IMG/VR virus record: IMGVR_UViG_3300045988_181388
Location: 1-39,867 of that record
DNA: 39,867 bases
DNA from: a virus
Strand: one strand, 5' to 3'
Part shown: piece by piece, positions 8,008 to 17,021 of the stretch
Position numbering within the stretch: the stretch's first letter is position 1
Layout: the number at the start of each line of letters is the position of its first letter
Program-made: the position numbers and the translations under genes
The notes under the pieces: generated by a model
Told to the model about the DNA's origin: nothing
What the model saw: the letters and a program-made list of their open reading frames with translations, nothing else
Databases searched by the model: none

Positions 8008-8531
8008 TATCAATTAAACCCGAATGGTTAGAAAAAATCATAAGAGGCGGGAAAACAATCGAGGTGAGGAAGTCCGCGCCGAAAGAAGTACCGTTTAGAG
8101 CGTATATCTATTGCACGAAATCAAAGGAATATGAAGTAACCGTAGATGAGGTACGTAACGACGGTAAGGAAAGACATCACAGTGGCAAAGGAAAAGTTGT
8201 AGCGATGTTTGTTTGCGATAGGGTTGAGGTATTTACACCGTCAGAATATGGAATAAAATTTAAAAGATTTAAAGCATTGCACGAAACAGGTTTAACCGTT
8301 TCCGAAATGAGAGAGTACGCAAACGGCAAGCCCCTCTACGGATGGCATATAACCGATTTGAGGATTCTTCCTCGACCGCAAGATTTAAGCATTTATTCGG
8401 GCAGGAAGAGAGTTTTAAAAGGTGAAAAAGTCGAAATAGAAAAGCCCTGCATTTTCGGCAGCGGCAATAGGCTCAAATGGAAGCCTATACCGTTAACCCG
8501 TCCGCCGCAGTCGTGGCAATATTTATACTAA
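7992..8531 (+). CDS. ASCH (PUA-like) domain protein
   Basis: The N-terminus LISIKPEWLEKIIRGGKTIEVRK and the later GKVVAMFVCDRVE resemble the ASCH signature (from memory). Confidence 0.6.
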   Translation: MESVLISIKPEWLEKIIRGGKTIEVRKSAPKEVPFRAYIYCTKSKEYEVTVDEVRNDGKERHHSGKGKVVAMFVCDRVEVFTPSEYGIKFKRFKALHETGLTVSEMREYANGKPLYGWHITDLRILPRPQDLSIYSGRKRVLKGEKVEIEKPCIFGSGNRLKWKPIPLTRPPQSWQYLY

Positions 8532-8542
8532 GGAGAGCAAAT

Positions 8543-8890
8543 ATGAAAAAAGAGATAAAAAAAGAAAAAGTTGTAAATTTTATAATTATTTTAGTTACGG
8601 TTTTGGTTGTATGCGCCCTTGTTTTTGTTTATTTAAAAGTATTAAAAACAAAGCGGATTGAAACAGCGGAGAACGTTCCGACGGCTTCATGGTTTGAAGA
8701 AGACTTAAAAGACCTATTCATGACGGAGAGCGTTCGCGTTATAGATGTAAACGACAAGATAAGCGAGCGGGCAATCGTTACCGTGGCGGTTACCGAAGTT
8801 AACGGAAGCGATAAGTATTACCATTGTTTGTATAGAGTAAAAAGCGTAATGGGAATCGGCTACGTTTGGGAACTTGAGAGATATATATAA
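8543..8890 (+). CDS. N-terminally membrane-anchored protein (115 aa)
   Basis: ATG 8543 follows AAGGAGAG. The N-terminus MKKEIKKEK is followed by the TM segment VVNFIIILVTVLVVCALVFVYL. Confidence 0.6.
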   Translation: MKKEIKKEKVVNFIIILVTVLVVCALVFVYLKVLKTKRIETAENVPTASWFEEDLKDLFMTESVRVIDVNDKISERAIVTVAVTEVNGSDKYYHCLYRVKSVMGIGYVWELERYI

Positions 8891-8945
8891 AAGCAATAAG
8901 AATCCTGGGAATTGAAAGACACAAACAATTAACCGAGGTGAAACA

Positions 8946-9413
8946 ATGAACAGAATAGAAGTCAAGGAGTATTTACGAAGATATAAGAGAGCATGCTCGG
9001 ATTATGAGAGGGTTAAATATAACCTATACGCCGTTAATAACGACCTTTACGGATTACAAGTCACGAAGTATGATAAAATACCCGTACAAGGCGGAAACGG
9101 CGTTAAAGACCGTTTAGAGGGGCTTATGGATAAGTCTGAAAAGCTTTCAAAGCAGCTTAACGAACTCGGGGAGAAGAAAGACGCAATAGAAGAAGAAATC
9201 GAGCAGTTTATCCGCGCGCTTAATAATCCCGATTGGGAAAATATACTGTTTGACTTCTACATAAAAAATATGACCTACACCGAAATTGAGAAAAAAGGCG
9301 GCTACGCTTGGGGAGTTCCGAAAAATATAACTTCGCTTGCATGCGTCCGCCTGGCTCAGATATGGACGGCAAGAAAGTTAATCGCCGAAGTTAAAGAAGA
9401 AACCCATTTGTGA
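8946..9413 (+). CDS. Late-gene regulator, DUF1492 / sigma-70 region-4-like (RinA/ArpU-type position)
   Basis: Last gene before the terminase module. The N-terminus is EYLRRYKRACSDYERVKYNL, the middle is coiled coil, and the C-terminal HTH reads ILFDFYIKNMTYTEIEKKGGYAWGVPKNITSLACVRLAQI. Confidence 0.55.
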   Translation: MNRIEVKEYLRRYKRACSDYERVKYNLYAVNNDLYGLQVTKYDKIPVQGGNGVKDRLEGLMDKSEKLSKQLNELGEKKDAIEEEIEQFIRALNNPDWENILFDFYIKNMTYTEIEKKGGYAWGVPKNITSLACVRLAQIWTARKLIAEVKEETHL

Positions 9414-9432
9414 AAGAAATTTTCATAAATCA

Positions 9433-9474
9433 ATTACCGAAAATTACCTAAAGTTACTTTTCAAGTGCTATAAT
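9433..9474 (+). promoter_or_regulatory. Candidate late promoter: three RTTACY repeats phased at 10 bp plus an extended -10 (TGcTATAAT)
   Basis: ATTACC at 9433, ATTACC at 9443 and GTTACT at 9453. TG at 9466-9467 and TATAAT at 9469-9474. There is no good -35 hexamer. Confidence 0.5.
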
Positions 9475-9494
9475 GGTAGCATAAAAATTTATAA

Positions 9495-9522
9495 ACGTCG
9501 TCCGAGAGGTCGGCGTTTTTTT
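9495..9522 (+). terminator. Intrinsic terminator between the late promoter and terS
   Basis: GC-rich hairpin acgtcgtcc-gaga-ggtcggcgt (one mismatch, one G-U) followed by T7 (9516-9522). Confidence 0.6.
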
Positions 9523-9538
9523 CTTGTAAGGAGTAACC

Positions 9539-10030
9539 GTGAGAGGCAAAAAGAACGATAGCAGGGCAAGGGAACTCGCTTATCAGCTTCTTGCGGAAGG
9601 GAGAACACCCTCAGAAGTTGAAAGAGAGGTTAAGGCTCATGGATATCAGTTTTCGCGGGGCAGTGTTTACAACCTCAAAAATGAAATTGAGAAGGATCCC
9701 GAAGCAAAAAAAGCTTTCAACGAACTAAGACAATTAAAAAAAGAGGAAATAAGCAGGCTTAACGATGAGATTCTTAACCGTTCGGCAAACGAACTGATAA
9801 GACGGCTTACAGCTCACCCCGAAGCTTTTCCGACAAAAGAGCTTATAACAACCTATGGCATAGCAATGGATAAGCGTAAGCTTTTAACGGACGGAGAGAC
9901 ATCGGAGACAAAGCAAGGACAGTGTAACAGTGTTATAGCTCTTACCGATAAACTCAAAGCTCGTGCCGTTGAGGGCGTAGAAGAGCCTACAACCGACGAG
10001 ATGACGGAAAGCGAGGCAGACGGTGAGTAA
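9539..10030 (+). CDS. terS: Terminase small subunit (N-terminal HTH)
   Basis: GTG start follows AAGGAG. The gene lies immediately upstream of and overlaps terL. HTH-like segment is RARELAYQLLAEGRTPSEVERE; the C-terminus is acidic. Confidence 0.6.
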   Translation: MRGKKNDSRARELAYQLLAEGRTPSEVEREVKAHGYQFSRGSVYNLKNEIEKDPEAKKAFNELRQLKKEEISRLNDEILNRSANELIRRLTAHPEAFPTKELITTYGIAMDKRKLLTDGETSETKQGQCNSVIALTDKLKARAVEGVEEPTTDEMTESEADGE

Positions 10031-11360
10031 TATTAAATTTACAAATAAAATGCTTGACGCCGTTTCTGTGGCGTTAAAACCGCAAGTTAATTTATTGACG
10101 TTTGAAGGGACAGTAAGGTCTTCGAAGACCGTTACAGCCGTTCAAGCGTTTTTTTATAGAGTGATACAATCCGACGGTTTTCTTCACCTTATCGCAGGGC
10201 GTGACTTTGACACAATAAAAAACAACGTGCTTGAAGCTGACGGATTGGGGCTTTTACCGCAGTTTGAGCCGTATTGCAAGCTTGACAAGGACAAAATCGG
10301 CAGCTATTACGTTAAGGTCACTGTCGGACGGATAAACAAAAAGATTATGCTTGTCAATTACTCAAACATATCGCAGTGGAAGAAAGTCCTCGGCTCGTCT
10401 ATCGAATGCGTTTTTGTGGACGAGGTAAACATCGCGGACAAGCAGTTCGTTGACGAGTGCTTTTCTCGTCAAGTATCATTCGACCACCCTTTTACGATAT
10501 TTACGCTTAACGGCGATATACCGACGCATTGGTGCTACACCGACTACATAAACACCTCGACGATTATCGGTAATGCTCCCGCTTCGATTATCGCGGACAT
10601 GGCTAAGGTTGAAAAAGTCAAAGGGCGGTATTACATGCATTGGACGTTTGAGGACAATCCCGTAATGACCCCCGAAAAGATAGAGAGAGCGAAAGCACTC
10701 TATCCGATAGGCTCGTATTACTACACGATAAAAATACTCGGCGAGCGTGGCGCGCCCGGGGAACTCATCTTTCTTGACTATCTGACCGATGATATCGTAC
10801 AGCATTTTGAGTATACCGATTTTGACATTTACACCGTCGGCATAGATATAGGCGCAACGAGAGCAAAAAACTCCGTGTCTTTAATAGGCTTTAAAAGGGA
10901 CTTTTCGGCGGCGGCTGTTATTGACTGCCAGGCGTTCGACTTATGCGGCTACAAGGAAAAGACCGAGCGCATAAAGAGCATTGTGGACGGTTGGAAAGAA
11001 CACGGGATATATATCGAGGGCGTTTTCATTGATAGCGCAGAACAGAATTATATAACAGATATGAAGACGGCTTTCAATGCCGAACATCTTCCGCCTGTCG
11101 CAGGGTCGTACAAGGCTACAATCAAGGCGAGAATCGATTTGCTTATAATCTTGTTTTCGCTTAAACGTTTGAAGTTTAACGACAATGCAGGCGGAAAGAG
11201 GGCTTTACAAGCGTATAAAATCGCAAAGTGGGCGGAAGACAAAAAAGGCGAAGAAAGAGAAGATAACAACGAGCCGCAGAACGATATCATGGATAGCGTA
11301 GAGTACGCTATAACAAGACACATGAATGCGCTGTTAAAAGCGGCAACGGAGCGTAAATAA
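10023..11360 (+). CDS. terL: Terminase large subunit
   Basis: Walker A-like FEGTVRSSKT, Walker B VFVDEVN, and nuclease-domain acidic motifs GIDIGATR, FIDSAEQ and MDSVEYA. Size is 445 aa. Confidence 0.9.
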   Translation: MSNIKFTNKMLDAVSVALKPQVNLLTFEGTVRSSKTVTAVQAFFYRVIQSDGFLHLIAGRDFDTIKNNVLEADGLGLLPQFEPYCKLDKDKIGSYYVKVTVGRINKKIMLVNYSNISQWKKVLGSSIECVFVDEVNIADKQFVDECFSRQVSFDHPFTIFTLNGDIPTHWCYTDYINTSTIIGNAPASIIADMAKVEKVKGRYYMHWTFEDNPVMTPEKIERAKALYPIGSYYYTIKILGERGAPGELIFLDYLTDDIVQHFEYTDFDIYTVGIDIGATRAKNSVSLIGFKRDFSAAAVIDCQAFDLCGYKEKTERIKSIVDGWKEHGIYIEGVFIDSAEQNYITDMKTAFNAEHLPPVAGSYKATIKARIDLLIILFSLKRLKFNDNAGGKRALQAYKIAKWAEDKKGEEREDNNEPQNDIMDSVEYAITRHMNALLKAATERK

Positions 11361-13114
11361 TGGGTTTAAGAGATTTTTTTACAAGGCGGCGGTTAAACCG
11401 CTTGCAAAGGGATTTAGACATGTTAAGGAATACTATAAAATTTAATCCGTATGCGATAACGATAACCGATAACGAGACTGATAAAGCCTTTTCGGAAAAG
11501 ATAACGGAATACCGCGTCTGGAGTATGGGGAACGCCTATATTTTGCGGCGGTTCTTTCTCGGCACAGTGCAGGAGTACGGCACATGTAATTACTTTTGGA
11601 CGCGTGCGCCGCTTCATTATCGCATGCTTCATAGCGGACTCCCCGGGCTTATATGTTCGAAAATGCCGAGAGTGCTATTCGGCAACGGCATATCTCCTAC
11701 GGTGTCCGTTTACAAAGACAACGGCGACGTGGATAAGACAAAGACAAAGACGGCTACCGATTACGCGTTACAGCTTATCGATAAGGTTAATTTACGAGAC
11801 GTATTGACCGAATGCGCCACGAATGAGAGCTGGGGCGGTCACTCGTTTATAAAATTTTCTTACGATACCGAGTTGTCAAATTATCCGATTATCGAAGCTT
11901 CGGATATTATGTCAACGGAAGTAGTCAAAGAGCGCGGCATTACCGTAGCGATTATTTTCAAAACATGGTACGAGAAAGAGAAAGGGCAGAATACAGGCTT
12001 AGGAAGTCGCAAATACCGCCTTGACGAGATTTACACGACCAACGACAGCGGGGACGCGGTTATTCGTTATGAGCTTTACGAGACTTCGACGGGCGAAGAT
12101 AAGCGTGTGCCGCTTAACTCTATACCCGAAACGGTTAAGGTTGTTGAAACAGTAAACGAGAACGACGAGATAGTATTTAAAGGCTTACAAGGCATGCTTG
12201 CTTTTGAAAAGCCTAACCGCTTGCCGTCGTTAATGTTCCCGCATTCGAACTACGGTGCTTCCGACTTTGAGGGCGCGACCGATTCATTCGACGCGGTAGA
12301 CGAAGCGTATTCGACGATTATCAACGAGATACGAGACAACAGAACGTTAAGATACTTCAAAAGTACGGCGTTCAGAAGAGACAAGGACGGCAAAGTTATA
12401 ACACCCGATGACGGCTTTACGAAAAACTATGTTTACACCGAAAGCGACGTAGACCAGGAGCAAGGCGGCGAAAAAAACCGCATGATAGACCAGGTAAACG
12501 ACAAGACGGAAGAGCATAAGCAGAAGTATTTAACGGCTGTTACGGTGGCTTTAAACAAGGCGGGCTTATCTCCTTACTCGATAGGTATAACAGGGCTTGA
12601 AAGTATCAATCAGAGCGCAGAGAGCCAACAGGAGCGCAACAAGGTAACGCTTGAAACGCGCAAGGCAAAACTTGAGCTTTGGAAGCCGTATCTTTCGGCA
12701 GTATTAACAAAGCTTTTAGCATTTAATACATACCTTTTAAATACGGTAGGCGCAAAGCAAGACGATTTACCGCTTGAAGATATGGATATAACGCTGTCAA
12801 CTGTAACGGTCGATTTCGGCGAGTATTTGCAAGATACCGACAAAGACCTTGTGGATATTTGGGGACTTGCAAAATCGCAAGGCATATCGTCCACGCAAAA
12901 CGCCGTTCGTGAGCTTCATAAGGATTGGACGGAAAAGCAGATACTCGACGAAACAAATACGATTGCATTCGAGCAAGGCATGGCTACGGACACGCCGAAC
13001 GGACTTCCCGAGCTTACGGGCGTTGACATGGGCGACGATGAAAACGACGAGGACGATAAAGACAAGGGCAAAGACAAAGACAAGGACAAGGACAAGGGCG
13101 GTGATACCGCTTGA
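11360..13114 (+). CDS. Portal protein
   Basis: 584-aa ORF directly after terL (ATAATG overlap) and before the MuF-like gene. The C-terminus is an acidic/KD-repeat tail. Confidence 0.8.
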   Translation: MGLRDFFTRRRLNRLQRDLDMLRNTIKFNPYAITITDNETDKAFSEKITEYRVWSMGNAYILRRFFLGTVQEYGTCNYFWTRAPLHYRMLHSGLPGLICSKMPRVLFGNGISPTVSVYKDNGDVDKTKTKTATDYALQLIDKVNLRDVLTECATNESWGGHSFIKFSYDTELSNYPIIEASDIMSTEVVKERGITVAIIFKTWYEKEKGQNTGLGSRKYRLDEIYTTNDSGDAVIRYELYETSTGEDKRVPLNSIPETVKVVETVNENDEIVFKGLQGMLAFEKPNRLPSLMFPHSNYGASDFEGATDSFDAVDEAYSTIINEIRDNRTLRYFKSTAFRRDKDGKVITPDDGFTKNYVYTESDVDQEQGGEKNRMIDQVNDKTEEHKQKYLTAVTVALNKAGLSPYSIGITGLESINQSAESQQERNKVTLETRKAKLELWKPYLSAVLTKLLAFNTYLLNTVGAKQDDLPLEDMDITLSTVTVDFGEYLQDTDKDLVDIWGLAKSQGISSTQNAVRELHKDWTEKQILDETNTIAFEQGMATDTPNGLPELTGVDMGDDENDEDDKDKGKDKDKDKDKGGDTA

Positions 13115-14946
13115 GCGATTTAAGGTCGTTTACGCCTGTTGAGCCTAACACGGCGGGAAAGGCGTTGATAGCCGTTCAGACGGTCGTTACAAGGATAAAA
13201 GAACTGATAGTCGGAAGCGTGGCGAAAGGTGTCAATAAAGACGAAATAACGCGGCAACTCAATAAGCTTATTTCCGATTTCTGCAAAACCATAGACAACG
13301 AAGCGTTACGAGAGCAGAACCGCAAAGCATTGGTTACGGCGGCAAAAAAGTGGTATTACACGACAACGACGACGTTTGAGATAGTAAACAGAAACATGCT
13401 ATCGATGAGCGGTAATATTTACCGTATCGGCGCAAATGATTCTACAAGCCACATAACCGAGCTTCGACCCCGACAAGACCGAGGAATTAACCTCGGCAAG
13501 CCGTTAATCGAGGATTATAAAAGAAGCGTAAGATTGGCGATGAAAGCCTTAGCGGCGGATCCGCCGCTTGTAGTTACGAGACGAGACGGTAAAACGTATA
13601 CAATGCCGATTCGGAATCGTGCGGAGATAGCTGTGAGATACGACGCAAACGTAAAGGATTTGCAGAGGTTTGCAAATTCGGGCGTTGACCTCGTTTGGAC
13701 TTCACAACACCCGAACTGTTCGCCGAGGTGTAAAGACTATCAAGGCAAGCTATGGAGTATAAGCGGCAAAAGCGGCAAGATAAACGGCATTACATATCGC
13801 CCCTTGTCGGAAGCTATACAAGGCAAGTTAAAGGACGGCAACGGCATTATAACAGGCTATAATTGCCGTCATAGACTTATAGAGTACACGTCGAACTCAC
13901 ACCCGCCGCAGGAGCTATCAGAGGCGGAGATTAAGAAAGAATACGCTATCGATAAAAAGCAACGCTCTTACGAGAACAATATTCGGCAGATGAAGACGAA
14001 CGAAAGGCTTTTACGAGCGACAGGCGATATCGAGGGCGCAAAGGCGTTACGTAAACGGTGGCGGCGAGCTACGAAGCTATATCAGGCGTACTCATTCGAG
14101 AACGGCAGACCGTTCTACCCAGACCGTTGCGTAATCGATGAAGTAGAAATCAAAGATAAAAATTACACTACCGAAGAAAACTTGCAAAATTCCGAAAACA
14201 ATGTTAAAATAAACATACAGGACTTTGTTCCCGCGGCTACGGTTACGGAAGCAGAAAAGCAGGCAAAAGAATTTTCGGCAAACGTTAATTATGCAGGCGT
14301 AAATAATGTTGACGCGCTTAATATGGTAAATAAGACCTTAAAGCGATTGACAACCGAATATCCGATTGATAAGCTTGACCTTATAACGGTAAAAAAATTA
14401 GGAAGAAGTCATGCAAATGCAAGCGCAAATGCAAAAGGGCTTAATATTGATTTGAATTATTTGAATAAAAACCCGGATCGCGTTGATTGGAAATCGCGAA
14501 TTGCCAAATATCCCGAGATGATAGAACAAGCGCAAAAGGCAATCGAAAGCGGAGAGTACCCTAAAAGTTACGTAAATAGGCTTAAAGATCTCATCAAGGA
14601 AATGCGAGAAGAAATGAAGTATACGAGACATACTGTTTCATCGGATTCAGAGAACAGAATTGCGACAACAATTGCGCATGAATACGGGCATATTTTGGCA
14701 GATCAATATTTCGGGCAGATAAACCATTCGAGGCTTTGTCCCAATTACGCAAGTACATTCAAAAGCAGAGAAATAGTTGAAATGGCATACGCCAGAGCAA
14801 AGACAAGCGGAGATATTAAGAAAATTTCTATGTACGCAAATGATAACAGCCATGAATTTTTTGCTGAATGTTTTGCGGCTCATATAAACGGGGAACAGTT
14901 GCCTGATTATATCGAAAATATGTTAAAGGAGACATTGAAAAAATGA
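13111..14946 (+). CDS. MuF / SPP1 gp7-like minor head protein fused to a C-terminal anthrax-LF-like (ATLF/M34-type) zinc metalloprotease domain
   Basis: TTG start overlaps the portal stop. The MuF-like core reads HPNCSPRCKDYQGKLWS..ITGYNCRHRLIEY. The C-terminus has IAHEYGHILADQYF and, about 50 aa later, SHEFFAECFAAH. In lethal factor the corresponding motifs are HEFGH and EAEFFAEAF. Confidence 0.75.
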   Translation: MSDLRSFTPVEPNTAGKALIAVQTVVTRIKELIVGSVAKGVNKDEITRQLNKLISDFCKTIDNEALREQNRKALVTAAKKWYYTTTTTFEIVNRNMLSMSGNIYRIGANDSTSHITELRPRQDRGINLGKPLIEDYKRSVRLAMKALAADPPLVVTRRDGKTYTMPIRNRAEIAVRYDANVKDLQRFANSGVDLVWTSQHPNCSPRCKDYQGKLWSISGKSGKINGITYRPLSEAIQGKLKDGNGIITGYNCRHRLIEYTSNSHPPQELSEAEIKKEYAIDKKQRSYENNIRQMKTNERLLRATGDIEGAKALRKRWRRATKLYQAYSFENGRPFYPDRCVIDEVEIKDKNYTTEENLQNSENNVKINIQDFVPAATVTEAEKQAKEFSANVNYAGVNNVDALNMVNKTLKRLTTEYPIDKLDLITVKKLGRSHANASANAKGLNIDLNYLNKNPDRVDWKSRIAKYPEMIEQAQKAIESGEYPKSYVNRLKDLIKEMREEMKYTRHTVSSDSENRIATTIAHEYGHILADQYFGQINHSRLCPNYASTFKSREIVEMAYARAKTSGDIKKISMYANDNSHEFFAECFAAHINGEQLPDYIENMLKETLKK

Positions 14947-15269
14947 AACAGTGTTTAAAATGTTTTTCATACGACCAAGAAAAGGATGACATGATTCGCG
15001 GGTTGGACGACTGTATCATCGAAGGGGAAGACCATAGCAATTGGCATTATTGCGGAGAATATAACGGCTCTCCCAAAACGGATAATCCTAAGGAAAACGG
15101 ATATACAAATCGGATTCCCGATGATGTAATAAACGATAAAGGAAATTGCCCGTTTTTTCTTGATATTGAAAAAATGTGTGATAAACAGTTTATCAAAAAG
15201 GGCAAACCAATACCTGATATTTTTCAGGATAAAATAGCCAAATTGGCAGAAGCAAGAAATCGCAAGTAA
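14943..15269 (+). CDS. Cys-rich small protein (108 aa); candidate inhibitor/immunity partner of the upstream metalloprotease domain
   Basis: ATGA overlap with the upstream gene. Cys motifs are CLKC, HYCGEY and GNCPFF. The gene is followed by two terminators. The function is inferred. Confidence 0.55.
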   Translation: MKQCLKCFSYDQEKDDMIRGLDDCIIEGEDHSNWHYCGEYNGSPKTDNPKENGYTNRIPDDVINDKGNCPFFLDIEKMCDKQFIKKGKPIPDIFQDKIAKLAEARNRK

Positions 15270-15282
15270 ACACAACTTAATC

Positions 15283-15311
15283 AAGGCATAGGGTTAACCT
15301 GTGCCTTTTTT
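15283..15311 (+). terminator. Intrinsic terminator
   Basis: 10-bp stem aaggcatagg / cctgtgcctt (one G-U), loop gttaa, then a T-tract. Confidence 0.75.
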
Positions 15312-15337
15312 AATGCAATTTTTTAACTTAATAATTC

Positions 15338-15366
15338 AAGACGAGGTAATAACCCCGTCTTTTTTT
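15338..15366 (+). terminator. Second intrinsic terminator
   Basis: Stem agacgagg / ccccgtct (one mismatch or bulge) followed by T7. Confidence 0.7.
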
Positions 15367-15474
15367 ATACCGGCTCGGCGGAGCTTTAAACGCAAATAGG
15401 TCTGGCAAGACGCTTAAACATGCACTTGTCGGCGGGAGATACCGCTTAAAACGAAGACAAGATAGGAGAACAAC

Positions 15475-16077
15475 ATGACACTTAAAGAACTACTCGGAAA
15501 CAGCTATCGCGACGGTATGACCGTTGAAGAGGCGGACAAGGCACTCGGAGAAGCAGGCGCAAAGCTTTTTGACCTTTCAAAAGGCGAGTATGTCGGGAAA
15601 GGGAGATACCAGACCCTTGAAGCAGACGTAAAGGCAAAAATGGAAGAAAATGCCGCGCTTGTAAAACAGCTTGATGAGCTTAAAAAGAACAGCTCTGAGA
15701 ACGTCAAAGCCGAAATCGCTAAACTTCAGGAACAGCTCAAGGCAAAAGATGAGGAATACACGCAGAAGTACAATGCGCGGGAAAAAGAATACCTCATCGA
15801 CGGCATTTTGAGAGACGCAAAGCCGAGGAACCTCGGCGCGCTTAAAGGCGCGTTAAACGGTAAATTCGACTTTACGAAGGCAGAAGTCAAAGACGGCAAA
15901 GTAGCAGGACTTTCCGAGATTCTCACTCAGCTTAAAGAATCCGACGGGTATTTATTCGAGGATTCCGTAGCTGCACCAAAAGGCGCGGGCTTACCCCCCG
16001 CAGGCAAGAACGCAGGCGCAAAGACCGATGAATTTAACTTCGGCTTTACAGGCGTCAGAGCCAAACCGCAGGGTTAA
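15475..16077 (+). CDS. Scaffolding protein (Phage_GP20-like)
   Basis: SD AGGAGAA lies upstream. 200 aa, helical and charged, e.g. LKELLGNSY.., KAEIAKLQEQLKAKDEEY, EYLIDGILRDAKPRN. The gene lies immediately upstream of the capsid gene. Confidence 0.75.
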   Translation: MTLKELLGNSYRDGMTVEEADKALGEAGAKLFDLSKGEYVGKGRYQTLEADVKAKMEENAALVKQLDELKKNSSENVKAEIAKLQEQLKAKDEEYTQKYNAREKEYLIDGILRDAKPRNLGALKGALNGKFDFTKAEVKDGKVAGLSEILTQLKESDGYLFEDSVAAPKGAGLPPAGKNAGAKTDEFNFGFTGVRAKPQG

Positions 16078-16115
16078 AAACAATAAAAAATAAAAAACAG
16101 GAGATTTAAATTATC

Positions 16116-17012
16116 ATGGCATTCGCAAAAGCAGCACTTAATTACGCAGTAGAGTATTCGCAGGCACTCGCGCAGGCATATCCCTACGCCCTTTATTTCG
16201 GCAAACTTTACAACGTTGAGAACGATTCGAGATATCGCTGGGTAAACGCCGACACTATCAAGATTCCTAACCTCTCCGTTAAAGGACGTGTAAACGCGGA
16301 CAGAGACGCAATCGCAACGGCGGCAAGAAATTACAACAACACATGGGAAACCAAAACGCTCTCGAACTTCCGTATGTGGTCTACGCTCGTTCACCCTATG
16401 GATATCGACGAAACGAACGTCGTTGCTTCGATTACGAACATAACCAAAGTTTTCAACGAAGAGCAGAAATTTAAAGAAAAAGACTGTTACCTTATCAGCA
16501 AGATATACAAAGACTGGACGGATCAGTCTAAGACCGCAGACGCAACGGCAATCACCTCGGCGAATATACTTACCGTTATCGATAAGCTTATGGAGAATAT
16601 GACCGAGAAGAGAGTACCCACGCAGGGTCGTATCCTTTACCTTACCCCCGCGATGAATACATACCTTAAATCGGCGTTACAGCGTAGACTCACGGCTACG
16701 GACGACGTCGTTCGCAGACAGATTGAAATGCTTGACGACGTTGAAATCGTCGAAGTACCTTCCGATTGTATGAAAACGTCTTACACGTTCACCGAAGGTT
16801 GCGAAGTCGCGGCAAAAGCAGGGCAGATTAACCTCTTTCTCGTTCACCCCTCGGCGGTTATTACCCCCGAGAAATACAGCTTCGTAAGCCTTGACCCGCC
16901 TGACGCCAAAACAAGCGGTAAGTATTACTACTACGAGGAAGCTTACGAGGACGTATTTATCCTCAACAAGAAAGTTGACGGTATCGCTTTCAACATCACC
17001 GCTTCGGCGTGA
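16116..17012 (+). CDS. Major capsid protein
   Basis: SD AGGAG lies upstream. 298 aa, positioned after the scaffold gene and followed by a strong hairpin. The sequence resembles Firmicutes siphophage capsid proteins (from memory). Confidence 0.8.
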   Translation: MAFAKAALNYAVEYSQALAQAYPYALYFGKLYNVENDSRYRWVNADTIKIPNLSVKGRVNADRDAIATAARNYNNTWETKTLSNFRMWSTLVHPMDIDETNVVASITNITKVFNEEQKFKEKDCYLISKIYKDWTDQSKTADATAITSANILTVIDKLMENMTEKRVPTQGRILYLTPAMNTYLKSALQRRLTATDDVVRRQIEMLDDVEIVEVPSDCMKTSYTFTEGCEVAAKAGQINLFLVHPSAVITPEKYSFVSLDPPDAKTSGKYYYYEEAYEDVFILNKKVDGIAFNITASA

Positions 17013-17021
17013 TAAACAAAC

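Noticed and set aside
13040-13100. GACAAR hexanucleotide run encoding DKDKGKDKDKDKDKG at the portal C-terminus, considered as a possible slippage or phase-variation tract.
   Set aside because: The repeat unit is in frame (6 nt), so slippage would only change tail length. Charged low-complexity tails are common on portals.
16074-16394. Minus-strand 106-aa ORF overlapping the start of the capsid gene. Similar shadow ORFs are at 10476..10805, 11048..11323, 12610..12968, 14398..15284 and 17502..17810.
   Set aside because: No ribosome-binding sites and odd composition. All are embedded in well-supported structural genes.
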